Shown here piece after piece: positions 36,075-49,099 of a stretch of 64,000 nucleotides of DNA (positions are counted from its first letter, which is position 1; every line of letters begins with the position of its first letter). The DNA comes from Chrysomallon squamiferum (lineage: Eukaryota; Animalia; Mollusca): assembly GCA_012295275.1 (NCBI GenBank), contig CM022670.1, positions 9,734,001 through 9,798,000 of the forward strand. The letters are read 5' to 3'. The notes under the pieces were generated by a model. That model did not search any database. It was not told where the DNA came from and worked only from the letters and a program-made list of their open reading frames with translations. The position numbers and the translations under genes are program-made.

Positions 36075-39000
36075 ATTTTATAATACCATTAAATAAAATA
36101 GGGTATGATTTAAAGTTTTGGAAATTTTAACTGCACAATTAATAATCTGTGAATTATAATTTCAAATTGGTTCAAAAGATGAAATATGTGAAAACACTCT
36201 TTATGGGTCTAAGGCTTATTAACCAGTATGAAATTGGTTGAAATTATGAATTATGTGAAGCACTGTATATGGTAGAGTCTACATGACCATTTCCAGATAT
36301 GATTTAGGCACAACATCTTGAGTCAAAAGATCAATAATAAAATAAATTCCATTGACAGGGTAAAAAAAACAACCAACACAGCCACATTCAGTTTCAAGTG
36401 CTCACCTTGAACTAAGAGATTGATGGATTTGACTGCTCTTCCTGCAGAGTTGACAGCAATGCAGTCATAGCGACCAGAGTCACCCAGCTGAACGTTCCTG
36501 ATGGTCAGTCGTCGTCCACTGAGGACAAACTTGGAGCTGGTGTGGACTCGGCGACCTTCTCTCTGCCAGCGTATCTGAGGTTCTGGGGTGCCCAGCGAAG
36601 AACACTCGAACGTGATGTCAGAGCCAGTGGTAGCTGTTGTGTCAGCGCGTTCTTCTCTGAACGATGGTGCCACTGAGAGAGAAAACGTTTTTGTAAGAGA
36701 ATGTAGTAAATGAAATTGAAGTTTATATTTTAAAATCATGTCTGAGATGAAATGTTTTTAAGGTCATATTAAATTAATGAAATTAAAAAAGGAGTAATAG
36801 TTAAATAAGTGAACTCAAAATCAAGACAAACTGTATGAATATATGGATTTTTTGGGGGGGTTTTAACAGTTAAATTAGTAATAGTTTCATTTCAATCAAA
36901 TATGAATTGTTTTAAATATTAAATCTCTTTATTCAAGAAATTTCTTAGATTCAAAAAATCAGAACTGTTTTAAATATGAAATTCCGTTTAATCAAGAAAT
37001 TTCTGTAATCCATCTATTACTTTAAGACAAAAAAACAACACAAACCATTGGGTATTATTTTCAGATCAGCATCAGCACTGGCCTCGCCAGCAGCATTCTC
37101 AGCTTTACAGGTATATGTGCCTTCATCGTCAGCCTCTGTGTTCAAAACAGACAGCTGTCTGCCTCCATTTCTGATCTGGTATCTATGGAGACTTCTAAGT
37201 GGATGACCTGCAGAAATTATTTGTTGTTCGTTAACAAACATGGCTAAATGTATATGTCTTTTAAAGATGAAGAATATCCATAGTATAACAGAAGTTAGTA
37301 ATTTCTTTACAGACATCACTAAACATGTATACCATAAAAATGATACACAAGTTGCAGGAACATAAGAGAATCCCTTTAACAAATGCAGAATTGCATGTAC
37401 TTTGAATACATAACAAAAAAACAACAAATATTAATTTATCACTGATAATTGCAAAATGGACAATATCTCATTGTTAGTTCAGAGAATTGGTTTCGTCTTT
37501 TAGACATATGTAAGGAAGTTACAACTAGTTCAGTCATGTTAATAACATACATTAAATATAGTTTCTTGCTTGTGGAATGTTATTTATAAAAACAAAAACT
37601 TCATGACTGCATTTCAGTGACAACAGTCTAATTAAAAAACACAACAGTTCAGACCTGCTCTGTAGTATTTTGTGTTACTAAAGCCGTATTCTAACAAACA
37701 CACAATTAATCTTAAAAACCTTTTGGCAATATAACTGACAGGATAACAGAGAATACATTAAACAAACTAACAATCGAGAATTTCAAAAACTATGAACAAT
37801 TAGATTTTACTGATCGCAATTTTTTAAAACGGAAATCTTTATCTCAGAACCTGTCACACGGAATATTACAAATTGTTCTGTCAATGTTACAGAAATGAAT
37901 TAAATTTTAAAATATCTCACCATCTTTTGACCATGTTATGATGGGGCTGGGATCTCCCTCTGCAGAACACATGAAGTTAGCTGTGTGTCCTTCCAGTACC
38001 AGCACGTCCTGGGGGTTCACGATGAATGAAGGGGAAACTGAACAAAGAAAACAACATATTTTAAAGCTGTATCGTTCCAATAAAGTATTTTATTAATATC
38101 AGTTACCTTCTCCACCTCCTCATCTTTTAGTGTCAAATGAGGTGAGATAAGATTAATATGAGGTGGATTCAGATTTGGAAAGATCAAGCAAGGAAATGTC
38201 AAGTTTAGATCAGAATGTCAAAATATAATAAGAGTCGGGTTGGGTTGGGTTGGGTTTGGTTGGGTTATGACAGATCAGGATAGGTTGGGTCAAATCAGAT
38301 GAAATCATGTATTTGTAAAATAATGATGGATAATGATAATGATAAACATGACAGATATCAATTATAATAAATTCTCCAGCAAGATATATATTACAATGCA
38401 AACTTAATGAACTATTCTCTGAAGGTATAAATCTAACAAAATAACAAAGTACCTTGAACACTGACTCTTGCAGATGCTGAAATAGTATTGACACTGTTTG
38501 CGGCTCTGCACTGGTACAGTCCACGATCGTCCACCTGAAGGTTGGTGATGGACAAAGCTCCATTGGCCAGCAAGGAGTATCGACGACTGATTCTGAGTGG
38601 ACGTCCATTCTTTGTCCAGGTGATGTCTGGTCTGGGGTTCCCAATGGCTCGACAAGGTAGTGTGATAGACCGGCCAGCCACTGCTGTAATGTCATCTGGC
38701 ATCTCCATGAACTTTGGCTTTTCTGTAACACAGTTAACAGAGACAATAAATATCATCAGTTTAAATTCAGAAGGACTGCTTAGCTGGTGTCTATTAAGGT
38801 TTCAAATCTATACTTTTTTGTACATAATCTGAATACAGTGTATATAGAAATCAAGCCTTTGATAACTGTTGCCAAGAAAAAAATTTCCATGGTAATTTGT
38901 TCTTTCAGCAATACAACAAACTGAATAATTCCTCATCAACATGGCTCAAGCACAACAAATCATGTTTTTAAATTCATGTGGTAGTTTTCTTACCTGGTTC

Positions 39001-39170
39001 TCCAAAATACCTCAGCTCCACTTTGTTAGTTTTCACCTCCCCTGCAGCATTCTTAGCTACACATTCATAAACACCCTGGTCACTGTCAGTGGTTTCCTGA
39101 ATCATCAGAGTTCCATCTGCCAGAATACTGTACCTGGAGTCTTGCTGATTGATCTCATTGCTGCAGAATA

Positions 39171-39242
<72 letters not shown>

Positions 39243-39320
39243 TAACAATAATAATAATTAATATAATAGTAATAATAATAATAATGAATGAATGAATAAT
39301 ATCATAATATTAATAATGAT

Positions 39321-39359
<39 letters not shown>

Positions 39360-42300
39360 AAAATATATAGTAATAATTACAATAATAATAATAATAACAG
39401 TAACAAAAGTGTAATGCACAACAATGTAAAACATGTAAATAATATGTAACATGTATAATTTAAAGCCAAGAAAAATAACAGCAATAGTGTAATGTACAAC
39501 AAAATAATATAATACACAACTACACAATAATGTAACTGATAACTATGTGATAAATAACCAGAAAGAGTAGAATTATACAGTTCTGAGATATATCTGTTCT
39601 GGAATAAAAATGTCACACAAAACCAAAACAAAGTATTTCCCACAGTAACAATATCCATTCTGAACATCATTCCCCAGGATAACAGCCCAAACAAAAACAT
39701 ACCCCACCCCCTACAAAGACAAAATGATAACATGATAATATCAAATTAATTTTGTCATTCAAGTTAAATTTTTTGCTTACATTAACCCATAAAAAATATC
39801 AATAAAATGAATACTGAAAAAAAAAAAATAATAATAATAAAATGAAAATTAATAAAATATGAAGAAAAAATGCAATATGGCTCTTAGTTTACATCTGCAT
39901 CATGTGCTAAAACAAAGTGGTATTTTGTATTATTTATTTATTTATTTATTAAATGGAGTTTAGTTTTCTTCTTTAAGTTTTATTTGATTTTTTTCTTTTG
40001 TTGGGGGTGGGGTAGACTAGAGGGATGTCCATCTCTGCTAATATTATCATTACTTATTCACTAACAAACAATTCTGGGGAAATATACCCACTTGTTATGA
40101 TACCAGACAATTTCAGGGTTGGGGCTTCCCTCAGCCCTGCAGGTGAAGTAGGCAGTGTTTCCGAATGTCACATCAACATCGCGCGGCTCCATTGTAAATC
40201 GGGGCTTTTCTGAAATACAGAACCAAATCTTCATCAATTCTGTCAATCCAAGGTATATACACAAAGTATACAGTAATACAGATCAATTTTGCACATTTTC
40301 AAAACTTAGTAAACTCTATAATTTATTTCAGATTATATTTTCAAATTCTGTATTTCAGAGTTTAATAAAATATGTTTTCTGTGTATTAAATTTTGATGAA
40401 ATTAATATTTAATAACAAAGATTATTAACAAACTATTTCAATTTCCATTATGATGGAGAATAGTTGTATAAAGCAAATTATTATGTAATATGTCCATTCA
40501 AATACATAAAGGTTTGTCAGTGATATATTTAAAGATGTTAAGAAATTGTTATAACTATTCTATATGTATGATGCATTATTAATCACAACTAAATAATTAT
40601 TTGCATGTGTGTTTGTATTTCTAGGTTTTTACTTACTTTTTATTTTTAATGATATTTATTTATGGGTATATGAGAAAGAGAGAGAGAGAGATTGTGTATG
40701 TGTATGCATGTATGTGTGTGGCTGTGTATATACATTGTGCAAAAAAATATTTATAACAAAAACAAATAAAAGAACAATAATAGATAGAGACAGAAATAGA
40801 AGCAAAATGAAAGAAAGGCAGACAGGCAAATAGTCTGATATATAAACAGACATACATACAGACAGATATATAGACAGATAAACAGATAGATTCATTGATA
40901 GATAAAGTGATACACAACCAGAGAGGGTAAACTCATAATATTTATGCTTTATTTAATATCATCATAAAAAAAACTGATTAATATTTCCACTTCATTTAAT
41001 CTATATTATTTGTAAATATTATTATGTATGGTAATAAAAACCATTATTACCTAGCACAGATTAAAATATTCTTATTCCAGTTCTTATGTGGTTAATAAAT
41101 CATATTACACACATGCACTTAATCTATTTGTAAGGGAAATCTTGAAATCAGAGCCACAATATCTAAATGAAACCTGCTTTGACTTTAACATATAAAAACA
41201 AATGCAAAAGTTCATGATGCACATAGCTAAATAATTATGTATAAAATGTTATTATTATTATTATTGCTGTTGCATTAGTTATAATTTAGTTTTGAACATG
41301 AAAGGACCATCTTACATACATGCATACATACATACACATACACATACATTACAAAATGTACATCCATAAACACACGCACATACAAGTATTTATTAGATTA
41401 TATATACATAAACATATGGACACATACACTTACTACAACAATAAATAAAATGACCTGAACCAATAGCTTATGTCATATCATTCAGTGATGCTACAGTGGT
41501 GACATTCAGCGGTGTAACCCAGTTTGGGGCAATTAAGGTCAAGATAGGCTGAAATAATTATGTATGTCCCTCTCACTGACTCAATGACCATTTAACCCCC
41601 TTACAGCTGGCAATGTAGGTGGAGAGAATTTGTTGACAGATAAATGAAGAACGTGATTAAATTTTTAACAAGTTAAGTATGGAATTTGCACTGACAAACT
41701 CAAACAGAATTCACAGGAAATAATAATTATGAGTACAGCATCGAGTGTACAATCAAGGGATAGGCTTTTCTCTTTCCTCCCTTACTGACACTATTTTGAT
41801 ACCCTAGTTAGAACTGGAAACAGCCAAATAAACAAACTCATTCTTGACTGAATTTGTAAGAAGTAAAAGTCATGCTGGTGAATTAAAAAGAAAGTGAAGT
41901 CAAAAGACCAGTATTTAGTTTTTTGTTTTTATTTCGAATATATTTCACACTATTTAGGAATTTTACTTTATGTTAAGCATGATTTTCACAAAGATTTAAA
42001 ACATTTTTTTTTTTTTTTTTTGTATTTTTTATTATTATTACTATTAACTTGGAATTATTGTATCTGAAATAAAGAAATTTAATATTTCTAATTTCAAAAC
42101 AGAAGAATCATAAAAATTAATTACACAAATCCACCTCATTAAAATAAACATAATCTTACCAGATTTGATTTTATATTCCAGTAAGCAATAATAAAAAAAG
42201 AAAAAAGAAGGGTATAAACAATATAATAATAATAATAATCAGCATCATTATCATTAAAATAATTTCCATTATATGATTTATTTATAAAAATATAAACATC

Positions 42301-42677
42301 AGTTTTCATTAAATACTGTGTATATGTGTGTATCTGCGTGCATGTGTGTGTGTGTGTGTGTGTGTGTTTATAATCTTACCTCTACAATCTAGAGAAATAA
42401 TATCATTTTCATTAAAGTATACATTATCAAATATTGAAACACTGCCTAATTTGGGAAATTACTCAAAATAAGAAACATGTAGCAATACATTACATATGAT
42501 AAATGTATTGGCCATAATAAGAAAAAAACTAAATATGTTGAAAGATGCTAACCATGCTACAGATAATCTATGATCTTTACAGAAAGTCTAAGACAATTTT
42601 TTTATAATATATTTACAAAAAATAGCTTGGTTAAAAAAAAAAAAAAAAAAAGATATATAAAGTTTTTTTCTGTGGGT

Positions 42678-42725
<48 letters not shown>

Positions 42726-43466
42726 CCCCTAAATTTACTGATACTGAAATCATATTAATCAAATAGGCTTGCAAATAAATAAAACTGTCAAGGAAACATG
42801 TCTAAAAAAGAAAAGAGGAAAAATCATAATAAAACCCCCCAATCCCTCCTCCCTCCCCGCAAAAAAAACAACCGACACCAACCCATTTAAACAAGGTGAA
42901 ACAAGCCAAACGTTAATAGATTAAATCACAGAGATAAAAAGAGAGCTTTATCATCCATAAATAAAAACAACATTATAAAGCAATTTACAAGGAGGTAGCA
43001 ATTATCAGGGGCGTTAGCTTAATGAGAAATTTTTATGACAGGGAAATACTAATTAAGAGAGCTGAAACCTGATTTCATGCATCATCTCATCATCATCATC
43101 AGATGCAGGATACATTATACTGATAGGAGGAAATTCTCAACATATCGCGAATGCTACACTTTGTCGATTATGTTGCTGATGTAATGCACAGTGCTGTAGG
43201 CCCATTTATTATTTCTTTAGTTTTTCTTTTGTGTGCATGTGTATGGGGGTGAGTAACTGTGTGTGTATGTTTGGCATGTGTGTCAAGTGTGTGTGTGTGT
43301 GTGTGTGTGTGTTTGTGTGTGTGGTATTTGTGTGCATGGTATTTGTGTGTGAAGTTATGGATATCTGTTTACTGATGTATGTATATACATATATATACAT
43401 GAATGTGTATGTGTGAAGGTGTGATATTTGTGTGTGTAGTTATAGATATCTGTTTACTGATATATG

Positions 43467-43501
<35 letters not shown>

Positions 43502-43958
43502 AATGTCTATGTGTAATGTGTGTGTGGCATGTGTGTGTCTGGACATGTTATTACGGATATATCTATGTGTATGTCTCTCTCTATGCTGATTCATTTTCTG
43601 CCACAGACTGTTGATTATAAAAATAGTTATTTATTACAGTTTGTTTATCTTACTTTACCTGTGGTGGCTAAATACAGACAAAGTTCTTTTTATCTCTGAT
43701 GTTGTTTTCTTTTTACCATTTGATGTAAAACAACATATTAGGAATATGTATATATAAAAAAAAAAAAAAAAAAAATGCACCATCCATCAAACTCAGGACA
43801 TGTTATGTTTGTCATACTTTATTATTAGCAATGGATAGTTTTGAGTGACTAAGATTAAAGAAAGAAAAAAAGAAGATTCATGCAAAATAACACTTGAAAT
43901 TTTTAATTTATGAAGTTTTTTGATAATGTGATTCTGTGTTTTAACTGGAAAGAATATG

Positions 43959-44005
<47 letters not shown>

Positions 44006-47000
44006 AGATCAGCAATAAACAGGGAGTGTTAGTAACCACAACTTGCTTACAGATACACTTTGAACAAAACTGAAATATATGTAAAATTATTTTGAGTTTT
44101 GGCCAAAAATCAATGTTACATAAAATCTAAACACAACTTACACAAGATTAATAGTTTTAGTGATTCTGAAACTAGAATTATACATCATTCATTTTAGTAT
44201 TTAGTATTTCTTCTTTAGTTCATTAATACTGAAGCTTGATAAACATACAGCCAGGTCAGTTGTATGAGGCATATCTTTTTCAACACATTACTCACCAAAG
44301 CTCAAGGACAATATTATTTTTAAAAACAATATTAAAGACACTAGATCATTTGTCAATTTTAGGTAACAATTACCTGGACTGACTAACAGATGTGTCAAAA
44401 TGTAGAAAAACTTGTTTGATTTGTAAAGTAAATAGAGGTTAAATTCATAGAATTAAAACATACATACACATACATGTGTATCATATGTATGTATATATGT
44501 ATATATAAAGTTAATGAAAATTTAAAAATAAATTATTAAGTACTTATTACTGCATTCTCTGTTGATATTTTTAATTCCCAGCTATATTACAATACAGTGT
44601 TCATAATAATACCAAATTAAAATATGACGAATGTACGCCTTTCACAAAATTTTGGGAATCAACTGGTGCTGTTGCCTAAAAAGAAATGGATGATGCAATA
44701 GAAATAATTTAGTATAAAATATTCCAGATATAGTGTCTTTAACCTAAAATGCAATAGCTTGTTCAGTCAGTAATATACATATGTTAACTGGGTGGCACCA
44801 ACCTCCAGCAGTGTGATTGGTCGAAGGGGCTGTGAAAAAATGCACATTATAATAATAAATATTTCAAATTAACCTCATTTGTTTACAATTTGTGAACCGA
44901 CAGATAAAATGAACATCAAATGTTAAAATGGAAATCATTCTTTTACCAACTAAACAAAAAAATTAAAATAATGATGAAGTTTAAAACCTTAAATATTAAA
45001 TTTAAAAAAGCCTTCTGTTTTGGGTTTAAAATCTCCTTTCTACATTGAGTTTTTATTTATTTAGTCTATTTAAGACCAGTTTAAAGATTAAATTATTTTA
45101 TTTTTTTTTGAGGGGGGATATTTTTAGTTATTTACTTGTTTATTTATTTTATATATATAAAAAAAAATGCTTTTGGTGTTTTTTAAAATGGGAAAATGAT
45201 CATAGTAAATGTAAAATAAATTTTTCATAATTATGTGAGACAAAACAAGGCTTTGTAGATTCACTTTACTATATTTAGCAGTGCTCATTCTACAGCGAAA
45301 AATAAAATCTAAATAGTTAAAGAGGCCAGTAAATTACTATTCACTAACCATTATCTTAATTAAGTAGATACAGTAACCTAATTTATACAGTTTAACTTAC
45401 TGCAGTGAAAGTCTCGTTTTGAGATACTCATGAGTGATCTCCCTTGCAGGTTTGATGGGTATTCACAGGTGGCAGCAGCCTGAGTGTAGCCATGTTTCTC
45501 CTTCAGCATCTCAGCCAACCAGATCAGTTCACAGTCACAGACAAGAGCATTGGAATCAAGTCGGCTGCAAAACAAATGTTTGGTGTTACAAATTAACATG
45601 TGAAGACATTTCTTGGATTTTATCTGCTACAGTTAAAAATACAACTTTGGCAAAACTAATGCTTTAAGAAAACAACCCTCAGAGCATTTCCTGTAGTTTG
45701 TTTTCAATTCTGAACCAAAACAATTTTTGAGAAAATTTTTACTACTCATTTAAAGCAAAACAAAAAATTATATATATATATATGATTTTAAAATCACTGT
45801 AATTCCTACAGCTGATAAATGAATCATTATCATCATATAATCATTTTAAATTATTATTTTATTGATTGTTTTATACTATTATTGTTATTATTGTTATTAT
45901 TATTATTATTATTATTACTATTATTATTGTTTTTTTGGTAATTTACATACATATTTGTTTTTTACTTTAAGTTTTATAATTTTTATTTTTATTTATTTTT
46001 ACTTTTTTCTTTTTTTTTTTTCATCATTGTTGATCATTAATCATAATTCTTTTCTTTTTTTTAAATTACACAGTGGCAAACAGACCATTTTTAAAAACTA
46101 GTCTAGCGAGAAATGAATTACTGAGAGTTCTTCTTAGAAAATTTTAGTGCCATTATGTATTCTGAAAATACTTTTTCAATCACCACCATTATTGAAGCAT
46201 GATCCATTTACAATTTTATGCAGAAGCTCTACAGTTAGAATTTCAATATCAAGAGAAAGTGGCTGGGTGGCCTTTTAACAGTTCTATGAAATACGAGACC
46301 CATACTTACAGTCTGTGTAAATGATTATTGGCCGAAAAGACACCCTTAGGCAGACGCTTTATTCTGTTGTTGTGTAAAAACCTGAGAAAGTAAAAAAAGA
46401 AAACTGGTATAGTTGTGTTCTTAAAAGACCTAAAAGACTTTAAAAAGCAGAACAAAAATTAGTATTTCTTTATCATTAAATGGATCTACAACAGAAGAAA
46501 AATGGAAACTGAAAAGAGAAGAGAAAATGAAAATATTAATTAAGAAAAACAAAAATGGAGAAATGATTTGAGTTTTGTTACATAAAATATCTGTAACATT
46601 TAAACCTAAATGAATTAATAATAAAATTAAAGAATGAAAAAAAAAAAAAAAAAAATGAAAATGAAAGAAAATATTATGAAAAGAAAGAATAAAAAATGAA
46701 AGGAAGAATGAAATAAGGTAATGTTAATAAATAAAAAATAAATAAATAATGAAACAAAGAAAATAAGAAAATGATTTAAAAAGAAAAACAATTTCAAAAT
46801 AAAAATCAGTGTAAACTGATATATCTACAGTCTTCAAAACCAAAATCTGAACAAAATGAAGATGTATCTGCAAACAACTGACAAACAAACTGCCTGTCAG
46901 CCACAGTTTAAAACACATCAGTTTAAAAAAAAAAATCATCTTAATCTCCCCAATCAGTCATGTTCTCCAACAGAATTGATTTCTTTCTGTTTGTTTTATT

Positions 47001-49099
47001 TTCTTTTGTTGTGTTTTGATTTATTTTATGTTATTATTTTTATATATATTATCTTTTTTTTTTTTTTTTTTAAACAAAATTTTCTACCTCTTTTTAAACA
47101 ATTTTAAACTCCAGTGTGTTTATTTATCCCTGTTAGACGGTCAACATAAAAAAATAAAATTTAAAAAGTGCATCTTATGAAACATATACTTACAGCTGTT
47201 CCAACTTTGGAACATCATCAAAAACTTTACTTTCTATAACTTCAATTTTATTCTTGTATAGGTATCTGAAAAAATTAAAATAAAAATTAAAATTAAAATT
47301 AAAAAAAAATTGAAACAATTGAAAAAAATAATCATTTGTTTTACTTTAAAACTGTTCATAAAGAGACCACTAAAATTATCACCAAAATTACCAGTAAAAA
47401 TATCACTAAACAGATATACTGGTATTATAACCATGAATAATGTCAATAATCATTTTCAGTAAATCATACATATGTATTAGATATTAAATATATTATGAAA
47501 TGAAAATCTATATACAATTTTAATAATTACTTATATTTTACAATAACAAAAGACAAATGGATACAATACAATTTTTTTTAAATATTTTCCAACATTATAA
47601 TATTTAACAATATTACCATTAACAAGAAATCACAGAGAATAAGACAAAAGGATGAACTTACAAGTATCGCAACTGCTGCAGGCCTTGAAATACTCCATCT
47701 TCCAGTCGAGTAATTTCATTATTATTTAAAAGTCTGAAAACAACAGCACAATATAAATGATTATCAAAAATATCCATCAGATTCACATGTATCCTTTGTT
47801 TAAAGTTAATGTAAAGAGGTATACTATGAGATAATGGTAATATTATTTGACATACTATACAATACATCAAAACAAGGTGAAATAACAACCTGTATACATT
47901 TCCTAAGCATGATATGCCTATATATACATATATATTCACTATTTTTACATTTGTGAAAATATCCTTTCTTTTAATAAAAAAAACAACAAAGAAAAACAAA
48001 GAACAAAAACATTCTTTGCTGTTTGATATCAAAGAAAATCTATCAGCAGTAACAGAGGATTTCCTTTGTTTTCAATCCAAACATAAATAAAATCCAAAAC
48101 AGACAGCAGAAGATAACTGGTGGATGCCCAAAAGAGTGTTTGTACCTTTGTTAAATTTGTAACATGTAAAAGAACCGTTTACTTTGGGAAATCAAAAAGA
48201 AGTAAAAGTTATTTGATTTTGTTTTTCTATTTTGCTTTCGTGTCAGTAGGATGTCTTTAAGACTTTGTTTCAGAATTCCTTTACAATTTGGCAGGTTTAT
48301 CAAAAAACCTGTGATATTTGCTTTACTGCCCATGTGTAGGTGTATATAAAACAGTGCTTACTGCTAAACAGTAAGGGTGGCCCAGAGAGTGCTGTCTGTT
48401 GGTTTACTTTCTCAAAGCACTGACACCTAATATCTATTATTTTTATTAAGTGTTGAGATGTTGTTTATGTTTTATTCATGGTGAAATAAAAGTTCATATA
48501 AAATAACCACTGAAATAATAAAAAACTATTTTTATAACAGTTCTGTATAAATATTTTTTTTCTGAATGAACTGAACTGATATTAAAAAATGTTTGTTTTT
48601 TATTTTTCTGGTTATTTAAAGGACCAAATTTAAAGTAAGGTTGAAAAAAAGAATTTTGTTTCTAAATTAATTTTATCACTTCCAAAGTAAAAAACTGAAG
48701 AAAGAAAGAAAAACATTTGTTGAAAATTGATTTCATCACTTTCAAAGTAAAACCAACTCTGTTTTCTTTTGCTCTTGAAATTGTATTAATTCACTTTAAA
48801 AAATAATTTTTTTTATAAATTTAAGAAATTAAATTAACTGTCATATGGATGGATTTGTGAGTGGATCCAGGATTTAAGAATAGTCAAGAATACCAAAATC
48901 ACAATGAAAATAGTTTTGTTATAATGTAACTAATTTGTTTTTAGATGGATTTATTTTTATTTTTATTTTTTTTAATTTTATTTTTTATATTGCTGTTTTA
49001 AAAGGTGTAATAACAAAATATACTTACAGTGTGTTCAGTCTGTGTAGATTGCTAAAACTCCCAATTGGTATACTTCTAATTTTATTGAATCGTAAATCA
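28845..49099 (-). CDS. PXDN: Peroxidasin (LRR - 4xIg - haem peroxidase - vWFC), 5'-partial, 19 exons visible
   Basis: Exons 49028-49099, 47662-47733, 47194-47265, 46310-46381, 45401-45564, 40092-40209, 38994-39160, 38453-38722, 37921-38037, 37046-37207, 36406-36672, 35496-35765, 34696-34929, 32623-33910, 32339-32456, 31196-31404, 30375-30700, 29509-29631 and 28845-28943. All are phase-consistent except one +1 frameshift near 33642. The signal peptide/LRRNT exon was not found up to 64000. Confidence 0.96.
31196..34929 (-). CDS. PXDN: Peroxidasin haem peroxidase domain exons
   Basis: [19 protein letters not shown] (distal Gln/Asp/His), [24 protein letters not shown] (proximal His), [26 protein letters not shown]. 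Confidence 0.95.
31670..31830. repeat. Compound (TG)n/(TA)n/(TATG)n/(TATATG)n microsatellite
   Basis: Direct reading; PXDN intron. Confidence 0.9.
34230..34672. repeat. 33-bp intronic minisatellite (ATTCGATATTTCACTGAGCAGTAAACTGACTAC), about 13 copies
   Basis: Read directly; accounts for the spurious ORFs 34187-34669 and 34224-34685. Confidence 0.95.
36406..40209 (-). CDS. PXDN: Peroxidasin Ig I-set domains 1-4 (six exons)
   Basis: [26 protein letters not shown]...[21 protein letters not shown]...[20 protein letters not shown]...DSGRYDC. Confidence 0.93.
39167..39400. repeat. (AAT)n microsatellite tract abutting a PXDN 3' splice site
   Basis: Direct reading; on the minus strand (ATT)n runs up to the CTGCAG acceptor (AG at 39161-39162). 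Confidence 0.9.
45401..49099 (-). CDS. PXDN: Peroxidasin LRR exons (four 72-nt exons) and LRRCT exon
   Basis: [24 protein letters not shown]; [24 protein letters not shown]; [24 protein letters not shown]; [24 protein letters not shown]; [16 protein letters not shown]...CEYP. Confidence 0.93.
46790..46867 (-). pseudogene. Decayed remnant of a peroxidasin LRR exon (YLHFNQI-type)
   Basis: TTGTTTGCAG acceptor followed by A TAC [AT] CTT CAT TTT GTT CAG ATT, which reads Y-L-H-F-V-Q-I with a 2-nt insertion. It lies between the YLYKN and FLHNN exons, and there is no good donor at +72. Confidence 0.5.
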
